A DNA stretch of 64,000 nt from assembly GCA_024695505.1 (NCBI GenBank), contig JAILIB010000135.1:19966-83965 (forward strand). Direction: 5' to 3'. Both the position numbers and the translations under genes were made by a program. This DNA comes from Saccharofermentans sp. GTDB lineage: Bacteria > Bacillota > Clostridia > Saccharofermentanales > Saccharofermentanaceae. Position 1 is the first letter of the stretch, and each line of letters begins with the position of its first letter. The notes under the pieces are model-generated. The model did no database searches. It was not told the origin of the DNA and saw only the letters and a program-made list of their open reading frames with translations. This document shows positions 29,272 through 37,589 of the stretch, piece after piece.

Positions 29272-30912
29272 ATGGATAACATAACTGATTATGTCCGCTG
29301 GGTTGGCGGAACCGACTTTGAAGGCAGGCCCTTTTCGAGAGTCGATAACATTGTGCTCTGTCAGTTATCTTATCTTGATCTCAGAGATATTCCCGAGCTT
29401 AAGAAGAGCGGCGCTTCAATGACGCTCAGAGACTGCGTGAATAATCTTACGGCTGTCGGTGTTTCCATCCGCAAGATGGCTCCTGATGACAGCGAGAGAT
29501 TTACGCAGCTTGTTAAGGCTTGTGCCAGCTCGAAAAGATTCGGCAGCCTCTATATCTCCTCCTTCACGGACATCTACATCGAAGAAGAGTCTGTGCAGTT
29601 CTCTGCCATGACTTTTGCAGCGAGGCCTGATGCCAAAGGTTTAGGTTTTGTTGCGTTCAGAGGAACGGACAGCACGATAGCAGGCTGGAAAGAAGATTTC
29701 ATGACGAGTTTTACGCTCACTTCTTCCCAGTCGATGGCGGAAGAATATGTGCGCGCGAGACTTGAGTCATTCGATTCTCTTATCGTTGGCGGGCATTCCA
29801 AAGGCGGCAATCTGGCAGTCTATTCAGTTGCGGTTTTGCCGGATGAACTGTTTGACCGCATCGAACATGTTTATACTAACGACGGCCCCGGTTTCTGCCA
29901 TGAAGTTCTTAAGGAAGATCTTATCAAGAGAGTTAATCCCAAGGCTACCAGGATCATTCCGCAGTTCTCTGTTGTAGGCAGTGTTTTCGCGCCCGCAATA
30001 GATGACAGCTACATAGTTAAGAGCGATAAGCAGATGGCAGAGCAGCACGAGCTCTGTTCATGGGGGATTGATCACGGAGATATCCTCATTGCAGATGAAG
30101 GAATCGATCCGCTGGCGGACAGTATCAACAGCGGGATCGATAAGTGGATATTCTCGGTTTCAAAAGAAGAACGTGCAAGATTCATCAATGCTTTCTTCGA
30201 CTCGATGAGCGAAGACGGAACGCAGACCATAGAAGAGTTTACGGCACAGGGCACGAGGGGTTGGGAGAGGATCCTCAAAGTCGTATTGGGCGATGACCAG
30301 GGGTTCAGGTTCGCGGCTGCGTCACTGCCGGACCAGCTGTTCCTTGACGGAACGGGCAAGAAGGTTGCGAAAACGAGCCTTTACAGACAGTTCAGAAGAT
30401 CGGATCTTGCCAAGGGTCTGGCCATGATATTGGCAGGACTTGTCATATTCCTTATCCCTGAAGAATTCATGTTCATCCTGGTCGGAGGACTGCTTATCCT
30501 CGCGACGATTGTATCGATCGTACTTACGGTCAGGAAGATGAAGAAAGACAACTGGAATTTCCAGCTTCATCTTCTCGATGCGACAGTAGCGTCTGCTCTC
30601 CTTGCGGCAACGGTGATCATATTTGTTAAGGAAGGCGCGTTGTTCGTAATGGCGAGCGGAATCTTCGCAGCACTTCTCTTTGCATGCGCATATAACTGTA
30701 TGGCGAGAGCGAAAAGAACATCCAACAAAACATACGATGTCCTGCTTGTCATCATGAGTGCGATCTGGGCAGTCAGCGGCATCTATATCCTGTTCGCGCC
30801 TGAGAATACTCTGCATGTTTACATGCTCATTGTCGGCAGCCTTGCACTTATCGACGGAGTGGTCCGAGTTATCCGTGCATACAACATCAGACACCGTTGG
30901 TACAGTAAGTAA
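29272..30912 (+). CDS. DUF2974/Mbeg1-like alpha/beta hydrolase with a C-terminal multi-TM domain
   Basis: QFSA, AFRGTD.T..GWKED, GHSKGG, DGPG, P..S.VG; about 6 hydrophobic helices at the C-terminus. Confidence 0.8.
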   Translation: MDNITDYVRWVGGTDFEGRPFSRVDNIVLCQLSYLDLRDIPELKKSGASMTLRDCVNNLTAVGVSIRKMAPDDSERFTQLVKACASSKRFGSLYISSFTDIYIEEESVQFSAMTFAARPDAKGLGFVAFRGTDSTIAGWKEDFMTSFTLTSSQSMAEEYVRARLESFDSLIVGGHSKGGNLAVYSVAVLPDELFDRIEHVYTNDGPGFCHEVLKEDLIKRVNPKATRIIPQFSVVGSVFAPAIDDSYIVKSDKQMAEQHELCSWGIDHGDILIADEGIDPLADSINSGIDKWIFSVSKEERARFINAFFDSMSEDGTQTIEEFTAQGTRGWERILKVVLGDDQGFRFAAASLPDQLFLDGTGKKVAKTSLYRQFRRSDLAKGLAMILAGLVIFLIPEEFMFILVGGLLILATIVSIVLTVRKMKKDNWNFQLHLLDATVASALLAATVIIFVKEGALFVMASGIFAALLFACAYNCMARAKRTSNKTYDVLLVIMSAIWAVSGIYILFAPENTLHVYMLIVGSLALIDGVVRVIRAYNIRHRWYSK

Positions 30913-30948
30913 ATAAGGGTATTTGGCGGTGCTTAAAGGTGCCGCTTA

Positions 30949-30957
30949 TGATATAAT
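30949..30957 (+). promoter_or_regulatory. Extended -10 promoter
   Basis: TGATATAAT about 30 bp before the ATG, with SD AAGGAGG between. Confidence 0.55.
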
Positions 30958-30988
30958 CAATTTATTCAGATAAGGAGGGAGTTTTCAC

Positions 30989-31735
30989 ATGGCAGACGAT
31001 TTAGATAAGAAGATGGATCCCGAGATTACTGACGATATCAACGAGGCGGTCGAGGAAGAAGTCTCAGAAGAAGTAAAGAAGGCTGAAAAGAAAGCCGAGA
31101 AGGCAAAAGAAGCCGCTGAGAAAAAGGCCGAGAAGGCTAAAGAAGAAGCTGAGAAGAAAGCCGACGAAGCCAAAGAAGCAGCTGAGAAAAAATCTGATGA
31201 AGCCAAAGAAGCAGCAGCCGAAGCCGCAACAGTAGCAGCTGCAGCAGTGACAGCTTCCACCGCAGCAAAGGATGCCGAAGCAGCAGCTAAGGCAGCAAAG
31301 AAGGCCGAGGAGCAGGCAGCTAAGGAAGCAGCCAAGAAAAAGGCTCAGGCAGAGAAAGAAGCAGAAAAGGCCAGGATCGCAAAAGAGAAGGCTGAAGCTA
31401 AGATAGAGAAGAAGAGACAGAAGAAGGCAGCCCAGCAGGCATTGATCGATGCATGCCCGCCCCAGTACAGACCGGTTTCCACATCTCTTTATTTCTGGCT
31501 TGCATTCTTAAGTGCAATTCCGTGTCTTGGTTTTATTCTTACATTGATCTTCGCGTTCATCGGACGCAATAGAAACATCAAGAATTTTGAGAGAGCGATC
31601 CTTGCATATTACATCATCGGATTTATCCTCAGTCTCATCGCTCTGATCATTATCGGCGTTGCTCTGCCGGCTGATTTGAGAGACAAGATCTTTATGGCAT
31701 TTAATACGATGTTTAACGCATTCAGTTTCGCCTGA
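30989..31735 (+). CDS. Hypothetical Ala/Glu/Lys-rich coiled-coil protein with two C-terminal TMs
   Basis: Strong SD, low-complexity N-terminal region, P.ST..YF...FL..IP..G membrane domain. Confidence 0.8.
   Translation: MADDLDKKMDPEITDDINEAVEEEVSEEVKKAEKKAEKAKEAAEKKAEKAKEEAEKKADEAKEAAEKKSDEAKEAAAEAATVAAAAVTASTAAKDAEAAAKAAKKAEEQAAKEAAKKKAQAEKEAEKARIAKEKAEAKIEKKRQKKAAQQALIDACPPQYRPVSTSLYFWLAFLSAIPCLGFILTLIFAFIGRNRNIKNFERAILAYYIIGFILSLIALIIIGVALPADLRDKIFMAFNTMFNAFSFA
31082..31213 (+). repeat. Four 33-bp coding repeats (AEKKA[ED][KE]AKE[AE])
   Basis: Units start at 31082, 31115, 31148 and 31181. Confidence 0.85.
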
Positions 31736-31760
31736 TATTTTTGAAGCAGATTTATAAGAG

Positions 31761-31806
31761 ACCGTCTCATAAGTGGTTTTTCCGCTTGTGAGACGGTTTT
31801 GTTTTT
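31761..31806 (+). terminator. Intrinsic terminator
   Basis: accgtctcataagtgg...ccgcttgtgagacggt followed by tttgttttt. Confidence 0.85.
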
Positions 31807-31832
31807 GTCTGAGTTTAAGCCGATTTGGCGAG

Positions 31833-32018
31833 GTACGAAAAAATGATGAAATGAGCTGTTTTCATCACAAATTCGTGCAAAACACCGCGAAAATGCACGT
31901 GGGCGACACGATTTCTTTGGATTTCTGCACTTTTTCGTACCGGGCACCAAGTGCTCCCGGAGGACACATTCCTGGGTTCAAAACGTGTCCTTTCCTGACA
32001 CTGAATAATTCCGTGTCC
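31833..32018. repeat. Palindromic module cluster (two inverted ACGAA/TTCGT modules plus GGACAC/GTGTCC hairpins)
   Basis: 31833-31878 gtacgaaaaaatgatgaaa...tttcatcacaaattcgtgc; an inverted, degenerate copy at 31895-31940 (centres 62 bp apart); cgtgtccttt repeated at 31984 and 32012. Confidence 0.6.
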
Positions 32019-32152
32019 TTTTTCAGCACCGGTGCACAGCCAGAATTACACAGCACCGTGCAGGCACACAGCCCTGTCCGGAAAAGGAGCAGCCAAGGAT
32101 TCTGAGGCCCCGCCTTGTTTTGTTGCCTTCTTTTTATCCTGATGTCCCACGT

Positions 32153-32174
32153 TTGTAACATTGTTATTTTACAA
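32153..32174. promoter_or_regulatory. Palindromic candidate operator upstream of the YhbD-like gene
   Basis: TTGTAAcAT-tgtt-ATtTTACAA. Confidence 0.4.
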
Positions 32175-32213
32175 TCGGATTATCAAGTAATACGAAAGAG
32201 GGTAATCGGATTT

Positions 32214-32840
32214 ATGGATGACAGACTTATTTCAAAAAAGGATCTGCTCACTAAGGAGGGTATCTCTTACGGTACGCTTTACCGCTGGAAGCGACAGGGC
32301 TTGATTCCTGAGAGTTGGTTTATTCATAAGGCAACAGAGATCGGTCAGGCTACATTCTTCCCTGAAGAGAAGATCACGGCCAGGATCAGCCGCATCAAGG
32401 ATCTTAAGAATGAGCTTTCAGTAGATCAGATGCAGGAACTTTTCTCTGCTAACGTAGAGAGCTTCAAGATTCCTTTGCAGGACTTCAAGGATCTTGAGAT
32501 CGTCGGCAGAATGTCAGTTACCGCTTTCACGTCAGTTTTCCCCATGAAGGATCTTCTTGACTTCAATGATGTTTTCGCAATGTATGTTGTAGATCATCTT
32601 ATGAAGCTGTCAGGAATCTATCTTGAAGATGCTAAGCAGGTATTGAGACTTCTTTGTAAGTATCTCTCTGCAGAAGCATCCAAGGAATACCAGCTTATCC
32701 TGCTCCGCAAGATGGGCGTTCCGATGACGGTACTCGTAAGAGGCGAAGATGAGATCCTCTTGGAAGACAACGCTGAGATCATCGCATGCGCTAACCTCGG
32801 CGAGTTCGAAGAAGCATTGAAGGATCAGCTTATTGCCTGA
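32214..32840 (+). CDS. YhbD/DUF4004-family protein (MerR-like N-terminal HTH)
   Basis: LISKKDLL...GISYG.LYRWKR.GLIPE.WFI.K.T..GQ.TFFP. Confidence 0.85.
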   Translation: MDDRLISKKDLLTKEGISYGTLYRWKRQGLIPESWFIHKATEIGQATFFPEEKITARISRIKDLKNELSVDQMQELFSANVESFKIPLQDFKDLEIVGRMSVTAFTSVFPMKDLLDFNDVFAMYVVDHLMKLSGIYLEDAKQVLRLLCKYLSAEASKEYQLILLRKMGVPMTVLVRGEDEILLEDNAEIIACANLGEFEEALKDQLIA

Positions 32841-32852
32841 TAAAGATTGAAG

Positions 32853-33263
32853 ATGGCAGCAAGAGACGAACAGCTTATTGAAGTTTTAGGCGTTCTCGCA
32901 GAAGGCGTCAGATTTAAGATCCTGTCCGTCATCGCTTCAAAAGGCGAACTTACTGCAAAAGATATTCTCGAGAACTTCGATTTTACACAACCGACTTTGT
33001 CACACCACATGGCCAGCCTTACCAAGGCAGGCCTTGTTATTGTCAAGCGCAAGGGAAGATATGCTTATTATTCGATCAATAAAGATACGATCGACCTTGT
33101 AGCTTCAGGTATTGATTCTTTGAAGAATCCTTCGAAAACATCTGTAGCCGAAAAGAAAGCAAAGCGCAAGGAACTGCCGGCTGTAACCGAAGATACCGAG
33201 AAGCTTAAGAAGGGCAAGAAAAAGAAGAAGAAAGACAAGTCAAAGAAAAAGAAGAAAGACTAA
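32853..33263 (+). CDS. ArsR/SmtB-family regulator with a poly-Lys tail
   Basis: LA...RFKIL, TQPTLSHHM..L..AGLV...RKGR...Y. Confidence 0.88.
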   Translation: MAARDEQLIEVLGVLAEGVRFKILSVIASKGELTAKDILENFDFTQPTLSHHMASLTKAGLVIVKRKGRYAYYSINKDTIDLVASGIDSLKNPSKTSVAEKKAKRKELPAVTEDTEKLKKGKKKKKKDKSKKKKKD

Positions 33264-33289
33264 ACTCCGTATTCATATTAAATCCATAA

Positions 33290-33324
33290 GCGGCCGGAAT
33301 TGAATTTACAATTCCGGCTGTTTT
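33290..33324 (+). terminator. Intrinsic terminator
   Basis: gcggccggaattg...caattccggctgt followed by ttt. Confidence 0.75.
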
Positions 33325-33392
33325 GTTCTGATATAATTCTTTTAGTAGCAGCAAGTGAACATTTGAATTCTTTTTCGGAATGGGGGATTTAT

Positions 33393-34082
33393 ATGACTTA
33401 TTGCAGAAAATGCGGAGCTCAGCTTAAAGATAATGATGTGTTTTGCTTTAAGTGCGGAGAGACAGTTGACATAGAAGCAAACAATCTCTCAGAAGCGAAT
33501 ATGTTAACTCTGCCTCAGACAAAAGAAGAGAGCATCTCGGTTGCTGAGAAACTCATGGATGAGTATGCATCTGTTGAGAAATTATTAAAAGAAATCAATG
33601 AGAATGAAATGATCCTCTCAAGACCGGTTATCATTGATGGCAGACGCTATACCGGTTTCAGGTTTTTCTGGCCGTTTTTAATCTATGGTTATCTTGCCCT
33701 TATGGCAGTTTATATAGTCGGAGTGATAATCTGTGTGCTAAATGAAGATCCGGGAGGCATGGTATTAGTTATGTTTATCGGGTTAGCTGCTGCAGGAGGT
33801 TTAATGATATGGGGCGGTTCATTAGCGGGCAGAAAAAGAGACAGGCTGAATAAGGAACTCAGCGATGAAGAATACGAGAAGCGCAAGCGGGTTAAAGAAC
33901 TTGTGGAGCGTACGAATGAACTTAAGATAAAGTATAACAACAAGGTAAATGAGTTCAGCGGATATCATCAATATGTTCCGTACCAGTTCAGGTCCAAGCA
34001 GCATATGGAAAGAGTAGTTTTCCTTCTTGAGACAAACAAGGCAGAGAACTTTTCTGACGCGATCAGGTTATTGGACAATTAA
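33393..34082 (+). CDS. Zinc-ribbon membrane protein (two TMs, coiled coils)
   Basis: MTYCRKCG...FCFKCG; extended -10 TGATATAAT at 33329-33337; SD-like GGGGG. Confidence 0.8.
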   Translation: MTYCRKCGAQLKDNDVFCFKCGETVDIEANNLSEANMLTLPQTKEESISVAEKLMDEYASVEKLLKEINENEMILSRPVIIDGRRYTGFRFFWPFLIYGYLALMAVYIVGVIICVLNEDPGGMVLVMFIGLAAAGGLMIWGGSLAGRKRDRLNKELSDEEYEKRKRVKELVERTNELKIKYNNKVNEFSGYHQYVPYQFRSKQHMERVVFLLETNKAENFSDAIRLLDN

Positions 34083-34099
34083 GCAGATTGATCATCTCG

Positions 34100-34135
34100 A
34101 AAATAAACAGGGCATCTTCAAATGAAGATGCCCTG
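34100..34135 (-). terminator. Terminator of mscL (convergent junction)
   Basis: cagggcatcttca-aa-tgaagatgccctg perfect stem; T-rich tail on the minus strand. Confidence 0.85.
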
Positions 34136-34160
34136 ATAATTTGCGTTTGATCAGTATGTT

Positions 34161-34607
34161 TTATTTGGAGTTCTGTTCCTTAAGGAGATCCTTGATCTCT
34201 GTGAGGAGCTTAACTTCATCAGAAGGCTCGGGTGCGGGCTCGGGTTCTTCTTCCTTCTTGCCCTTCTTGAGCTTGCTGACACCGTTCTTGAGTGTGTTGA
34301 TAGCCTTGAGCATGATGAAGAGGATAACAGCCATGATCAGGAAGTTGATGATAGCTGAAATAAATGCGCCGTAGTTAAGTGAGAGGCTCTGGATCTCTTC
34401 AAGTGTAAGACCTGTATAGTCAACCCAGGGAAGTCTGATCGATCCTGCGATATCGGTACCGCCGATAGAAGCGATCAAAGGTGTAATGAAGTTATCTGTA
34501 AAAGATGTAACGATGTCCTTGAAAGCTGCACCGATGATTACACCGATAGCCATATCGACTACGCTGCCCTTAAGTGCGAATTCTTTAAATTCCTTAATTA
34601 AACCCAT
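34161..34607 (-). CDS. mscL: Large-conductance mechanosensitive channel
   Basis: KEFKEFALKG.VVDMAIGVIIGAAF, NYGAFI.AIINFLI, LL.EI.DLL. Confidence 0.96.
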   Translation of the reverse strand: MGLIKEFKEFALKGSVVDMAIGVIIGAAFKDIVTSFTDNFITPLIASIGGTDIAGSIRLPWVDYTGLTLEEIQSLSLNYGAFISAIINFLIMAVILFIMLKAINTLKNGVSKLKKGKKEEEPEPAPEPSDEVKLLTEIKDLLKEQNSK

Positions 34608-34682
34608 GTAATTGTTCCTCCTGTTTAATGTTATTAAAAGCCCGAACCAACAGGCCCGGGCAGTTTTACGGTTGATAAAGGT

Positions 34683-35090
34683 TTATGCGAACTTTCTTGC
34701 TTCTTCAGGAAGGCTGTTAACGTCACCGCTGTAAAGGATAGTAGCGACAACGGGTGTGTCCTTCAGGAACTCGTCAAGCTTCAAAAGGAAAGCGCCGAGG
34801 CCTTCAGGATCGTAGTTGTTGGCAACTTTGCAGATCGCGTCAACATAGATATGTGTTAAGTCGTAATCTTTGGAACAAATGCCGCAGATGAATGCGAGAA
34901 CCTGCTCAAAACCTTCGATCGGGTATTCCTTCATATTTACAAGACGTACTGTGGGCTTAAGAAGCTGGTCTAATCTGTTGCCTCTCTCAAGGCATACGAC
35001 GTTGCTGTCTGTAGCTGCAACTGCGTTGATGTCATCGACGAGCTTGGCTGTTTTGCCCGTACCTTTAGGTCCTGCAATAAGTTTAATCAT
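34683..35090 (-). CDS. Small clostridial P-loop-like protein of unknown function
   Basis: MIKLIAGPKGTGKT...DYDL.HIYVD; SD AAGGAG before ATG 35090. Confidence 0.8.
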   Translation of the reverse strand: MIKLIAGPKGTGKTAKLVDDINAVAATDSNVVCLERGNRLDQLLKPTVRLVNMKEYPIEGFEQVLAFICGICSKDYDLTHIYVDAICKVANNYDPEGLGAFLLKLDEFLKDTPVVATILYSGDVNSLPEEARKFA

Positions 35091-35203
35091 AGAATGTCTC
35101 CTTTGGGGATCATATTTCCATGTGTATCTGGATATGCTTATTTTATTATATTTAGCGTCTGAAAGGTAGTTAAATATGTAAAAAATCAGCAACATTTTTC
35201 GGT

Positions 35204-35232
35204 TTGCACTATTAATACCTATATGGTAAAAT
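35204..35232 (+). promoter_or_regulatory. Sigma-A promoter of the rimP-nusA-infB operon
   Basis: TTGCAC-17 bp-TAAAAT with TG extension. Confidence 0.7.
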
Positions 35233-35259
35233 TAGCGAGTTCATAAAAGGGTTTTTACG

Positions 35260-35290
35260 AACGGGCAGCCGTATGGCGTGTCCGTTTTTT
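35260..35290 (+). terminator. Leader terminator/attenuator upstream of rimP
   Basis: aacgggca-gcc-gtat-ggc-g-tgtccgtt-tttt between the promoter and the SD. Confidence 0.7.
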
Positions 35291-35310
35291 GTTGTAGAAG
35301 GAGAAAAGAA

Positions 35311-35775
35311 TTGGCTAAGAGATCAAAAGTAGCACAGGAAGCATTCGAATTGGCTGAGCCTGTCGTAGCCGGACTGGGATTTGATCTTGTCGATTGTTCT
35401 TATGTCAAAGAGTCCAGAGGCATGGTCCTCACGCTCTACATTGACAAGCGCGGCGGCATCGGTATCGATGACTGCGAGACAGTTAGCCGTGCGGTAGATC
35501 CGATAATCGACGAATCAGGTTCTATCGATCCCGACTTTTTCGAAGTGTCGTCACCGGGACTTACCAGACCTCTGGAGACAGACAAGGATTACAACAGATA
35601 CGCAGGCGAGAAGGTTGACGTATCACTTTACAAGCCCATGGAGGGTAAGAAGAGCTTCACTGCAGTGATCAAGGGTGCAGAAGAAGATAAGGCAACATTT
35701 GTATTTGATAACGGCGAAGAGATCACACTCGGATTCGAGGATATTGCCAAGGCCGTACGTCACATAGAATTTTAA
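35311..35775 (+). CDS. rimP: Ribosome maturation factor RimP
   Basis: L.LYIDK..GI.IDDC..VSR, EVSSPGL.RPL; TTG start behind SD AAGGAG. Confidence 0.95.
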   Translation: MAKRSKVAQEAFELAEPVVAGLGFDLVDCSYVKESRGMVLTLYIDKRGGIGIDDCETVSRAVDPIIDESGSIDPDFFEVSSPGLTRPLETDKDYNRYAGEKVDVSLYKPMEGKKSFTAVIKGAEEDKATFVFDNGEEITLGFEDIAKAVRHIEF

Positions 35776-35793
35776 GTTAGGAGGAAATATAAA

Positions 35794-36966
35794 ATGCCCA
35801 GAAAGAAGAATGAAGAGGAACCCAAGGATACAATAGTAGGTCTTGTTAAGCTCCTCGCAGAAGAAAGAGACATCGATGAGGAGGAAGTTTTCCAGGCGAT
35901 CGAGAGCGGTCTTGTTGCAGCTTACAGACGTGAGTTCGGCGGCAACAAGCAGGACATCAAGTCCGTAAACGCTGAGATCGACAGAGAGACAGGCGAGATC
36001 TATGTTTACAAGCTCGCAGAAGTCGTTGACGATGTCGTTGATGAGGCTAACGAGATTTCCATTGAAGCAGCTAACGAATTGGGATATGAGGACGTGGAAG
36101 TCGGAGACGAGATCGAGATCGGTATCGACGTTGAGGACTTGGGACGTCTGGCTGCAAGCGCTGCAAAGAACGCTATTAACCAGAAGTTAAGAGATGCAGA
36201 GAGCCTTAAGATCGAGAATGAGTTCTCCGGCAAGATCGGTGAGATCACATCCGGTACCATCGTTCGTAAGGATGCAAGAAACGTTTACGTAAATATCGGC
36301 CGTGCTGAAGCTATCGTTAAGCACGACGGTCAGATCAGAAACAACAGAAACGAGCGTTACGATCAGGACAGGATCATGAAGTTCCTCGTAATGGGCGTTG
36401 AGGAAGCTAACGGCAGACCTTCAGTTGTTCTCTCCAGAACAGATGCAAGACTCGTTACAAAGCTTTTCGAGCTCGAAGTACCTGAGATCAAGGCAGGCGA
36501 CGTTGTTATCAGATCTGTTGCAAGAGAAGCAGGTTCAAGAACAAAGATCGCTGTTTACTCCAAGGATCCCGATATCGATGCAAAGGGTTCCTGCGTTGGT
36601 CAGAGAGGCCAGAGAGTTCAGCAGATCATGAACGAGCTCGCAGAAGAGAAGATCGACATCGTTGACTGGAAGGAAGATCCGGCTCTCTTCATCAGTGAAG
36701 CTCTTCAGCCTGCAAAGGTATCCAGAGTTGATACTGAGATCACAACAAACGAGAACGGTGAAGTTGAGAGATATGCGAAGGTTATCGTTCCCGATCAGCA
36801 GTTCTCACTCGCTATCGGCAAGAGCGGTCAGAACGTCCGTCTCGCTGCAAGACTCACAGGCTTCAAGATCGACATCAAGAAGGAGTCTGATGAGAGCGTA
36901 GAAGCTACAAAGACACTTATCGATGACTTTACTGTCGTTGATGATGAAAACGGTAAAGAGGGTTAA
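35794..36966 (+). CDS. nusA: Transcription factor NusA
   Basis: LFELEVPEI, AREAGSRTKIAV, GSCVG.RG.RV, SLAIGK.GQNVRLAA.LTG. Confidence 0.98.
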   Translation: MPRKKNEEEPKDTIVGLVKLLAEERDIDEEEVFQAIESGLVAAYRREFGGNKQDIKSVNAEIDRETGEIYVYKLAEVVDDVVDEANEISIEAANELGYEDVEVGDEIEIGIDVEDLGRLAASAAKNAINQKLRDAESLKIENEFSGKIGEITSGTIVRKDARNVYVNIGRAEAIVKHDGQIRNNRNERYDQDRIMKFLVMGVEEANGRPSVVLSRTDARLVTKLFELEVPEIKAGDVVIRSVAREAGSRTKIAVYSKDPDIDAKGSCVGQRGQRVQQIMNELAEEKIDIVDWKEDPALFISEALQPAKVSRVDTEITTNENGEVERYAKVIVPDQQFSLAIGKSGQNVRLAARLTGFKIDIKKESDESVEATKTLIDDFTVVDDENGKEG

Positions 36967-36984
36967 TAAGCAGAGCGTTTGGTT

Positions 36985-37260
36985 ATGAAGAAGAAGCCGC
37001 AAAGAAGTTGTGTATCCTGCAGAACGGTAAGAGATAAGAGTGATCTCTTAAGAGTTGTAATGACACCCGGAGGTGATGTCGTTTACGACCCGACCGGTAA
37101 ACTCGCCGGAAGAGGCGCATATCTTTGCCGTAACGAGGAATGCATAACCCAGGAGCTCAAGAAGGCGGCAAAGCTTTCGAAGGGACTTAAGAAGCCTTTG
37201 ACGGAAGAAGAGATCAAGGGACTTGCAAAATCACTTTTGGAGAGCATTAAGGAAAGCTGA
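36985..37260 (+). CDS. ylxR: YlxR/RnpM-family nucleic-acid-binding protein
   Basis: PQRSCVSCR, LLRVV, DPTGK..GRGAYLC. Confidence 0.92.
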   Translation: MKKKPQRSCVSCRTVRDKSDLLRVVMTPGGDVVYDPTGKLAGRGAYLCRNEECITQELKKAAKLSKGLKKPLTEEEIKGLAKSLLESIKES

Positions 37261-37589
37261 TGACAGATAAAGACAGAGTTTACGGAATGTTGGGGCTTGC
37301 GGCCCGCGCAGGCAAGATAGTATCGGGAAGCGATGCGGTTACCGGAGCGATCCGTTCGGGTAATGTGGAACTTCTTATTATTACCAAAGACATCTCGCGT
37401 AATTCTCTCGATAAGATCCTGAAGAACATGGGATCGGAAGAGATTACCTGTTACAGCTTCGGCACATCAGAAGACCTGGGATTTGCATTGGGAAAACCTG
37501 ACAGAACAGCAGCGGCAGTTACGGACAAAAGCTTTGCGGAAGGCATTTCCGCCATACTCGAGAATATCAACGAGGAGGAAGATACTTGA
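37260..37589 (+). CDS. ylxQ: L7Ae/YlxQ-family RNA-binding protein
   Basis: [22 protein letters not shown]. Confidence 0.9.
   Translation: MTDKDRVYGMLGLAARAGKIVSGSDAVTGAIRSGNVELLIITKDISRNSLDKILKNMGSEEITCYSFGTSEDLGFALGKPDRTAAAVTDKSFAEGISAILENINEEEDT

Noticed and set aside
31609-32161. ORFs of 98-113 aa across the intergenic gap
   Set aside because: No SD or recognisable motif; they overlap a terminator and repeats
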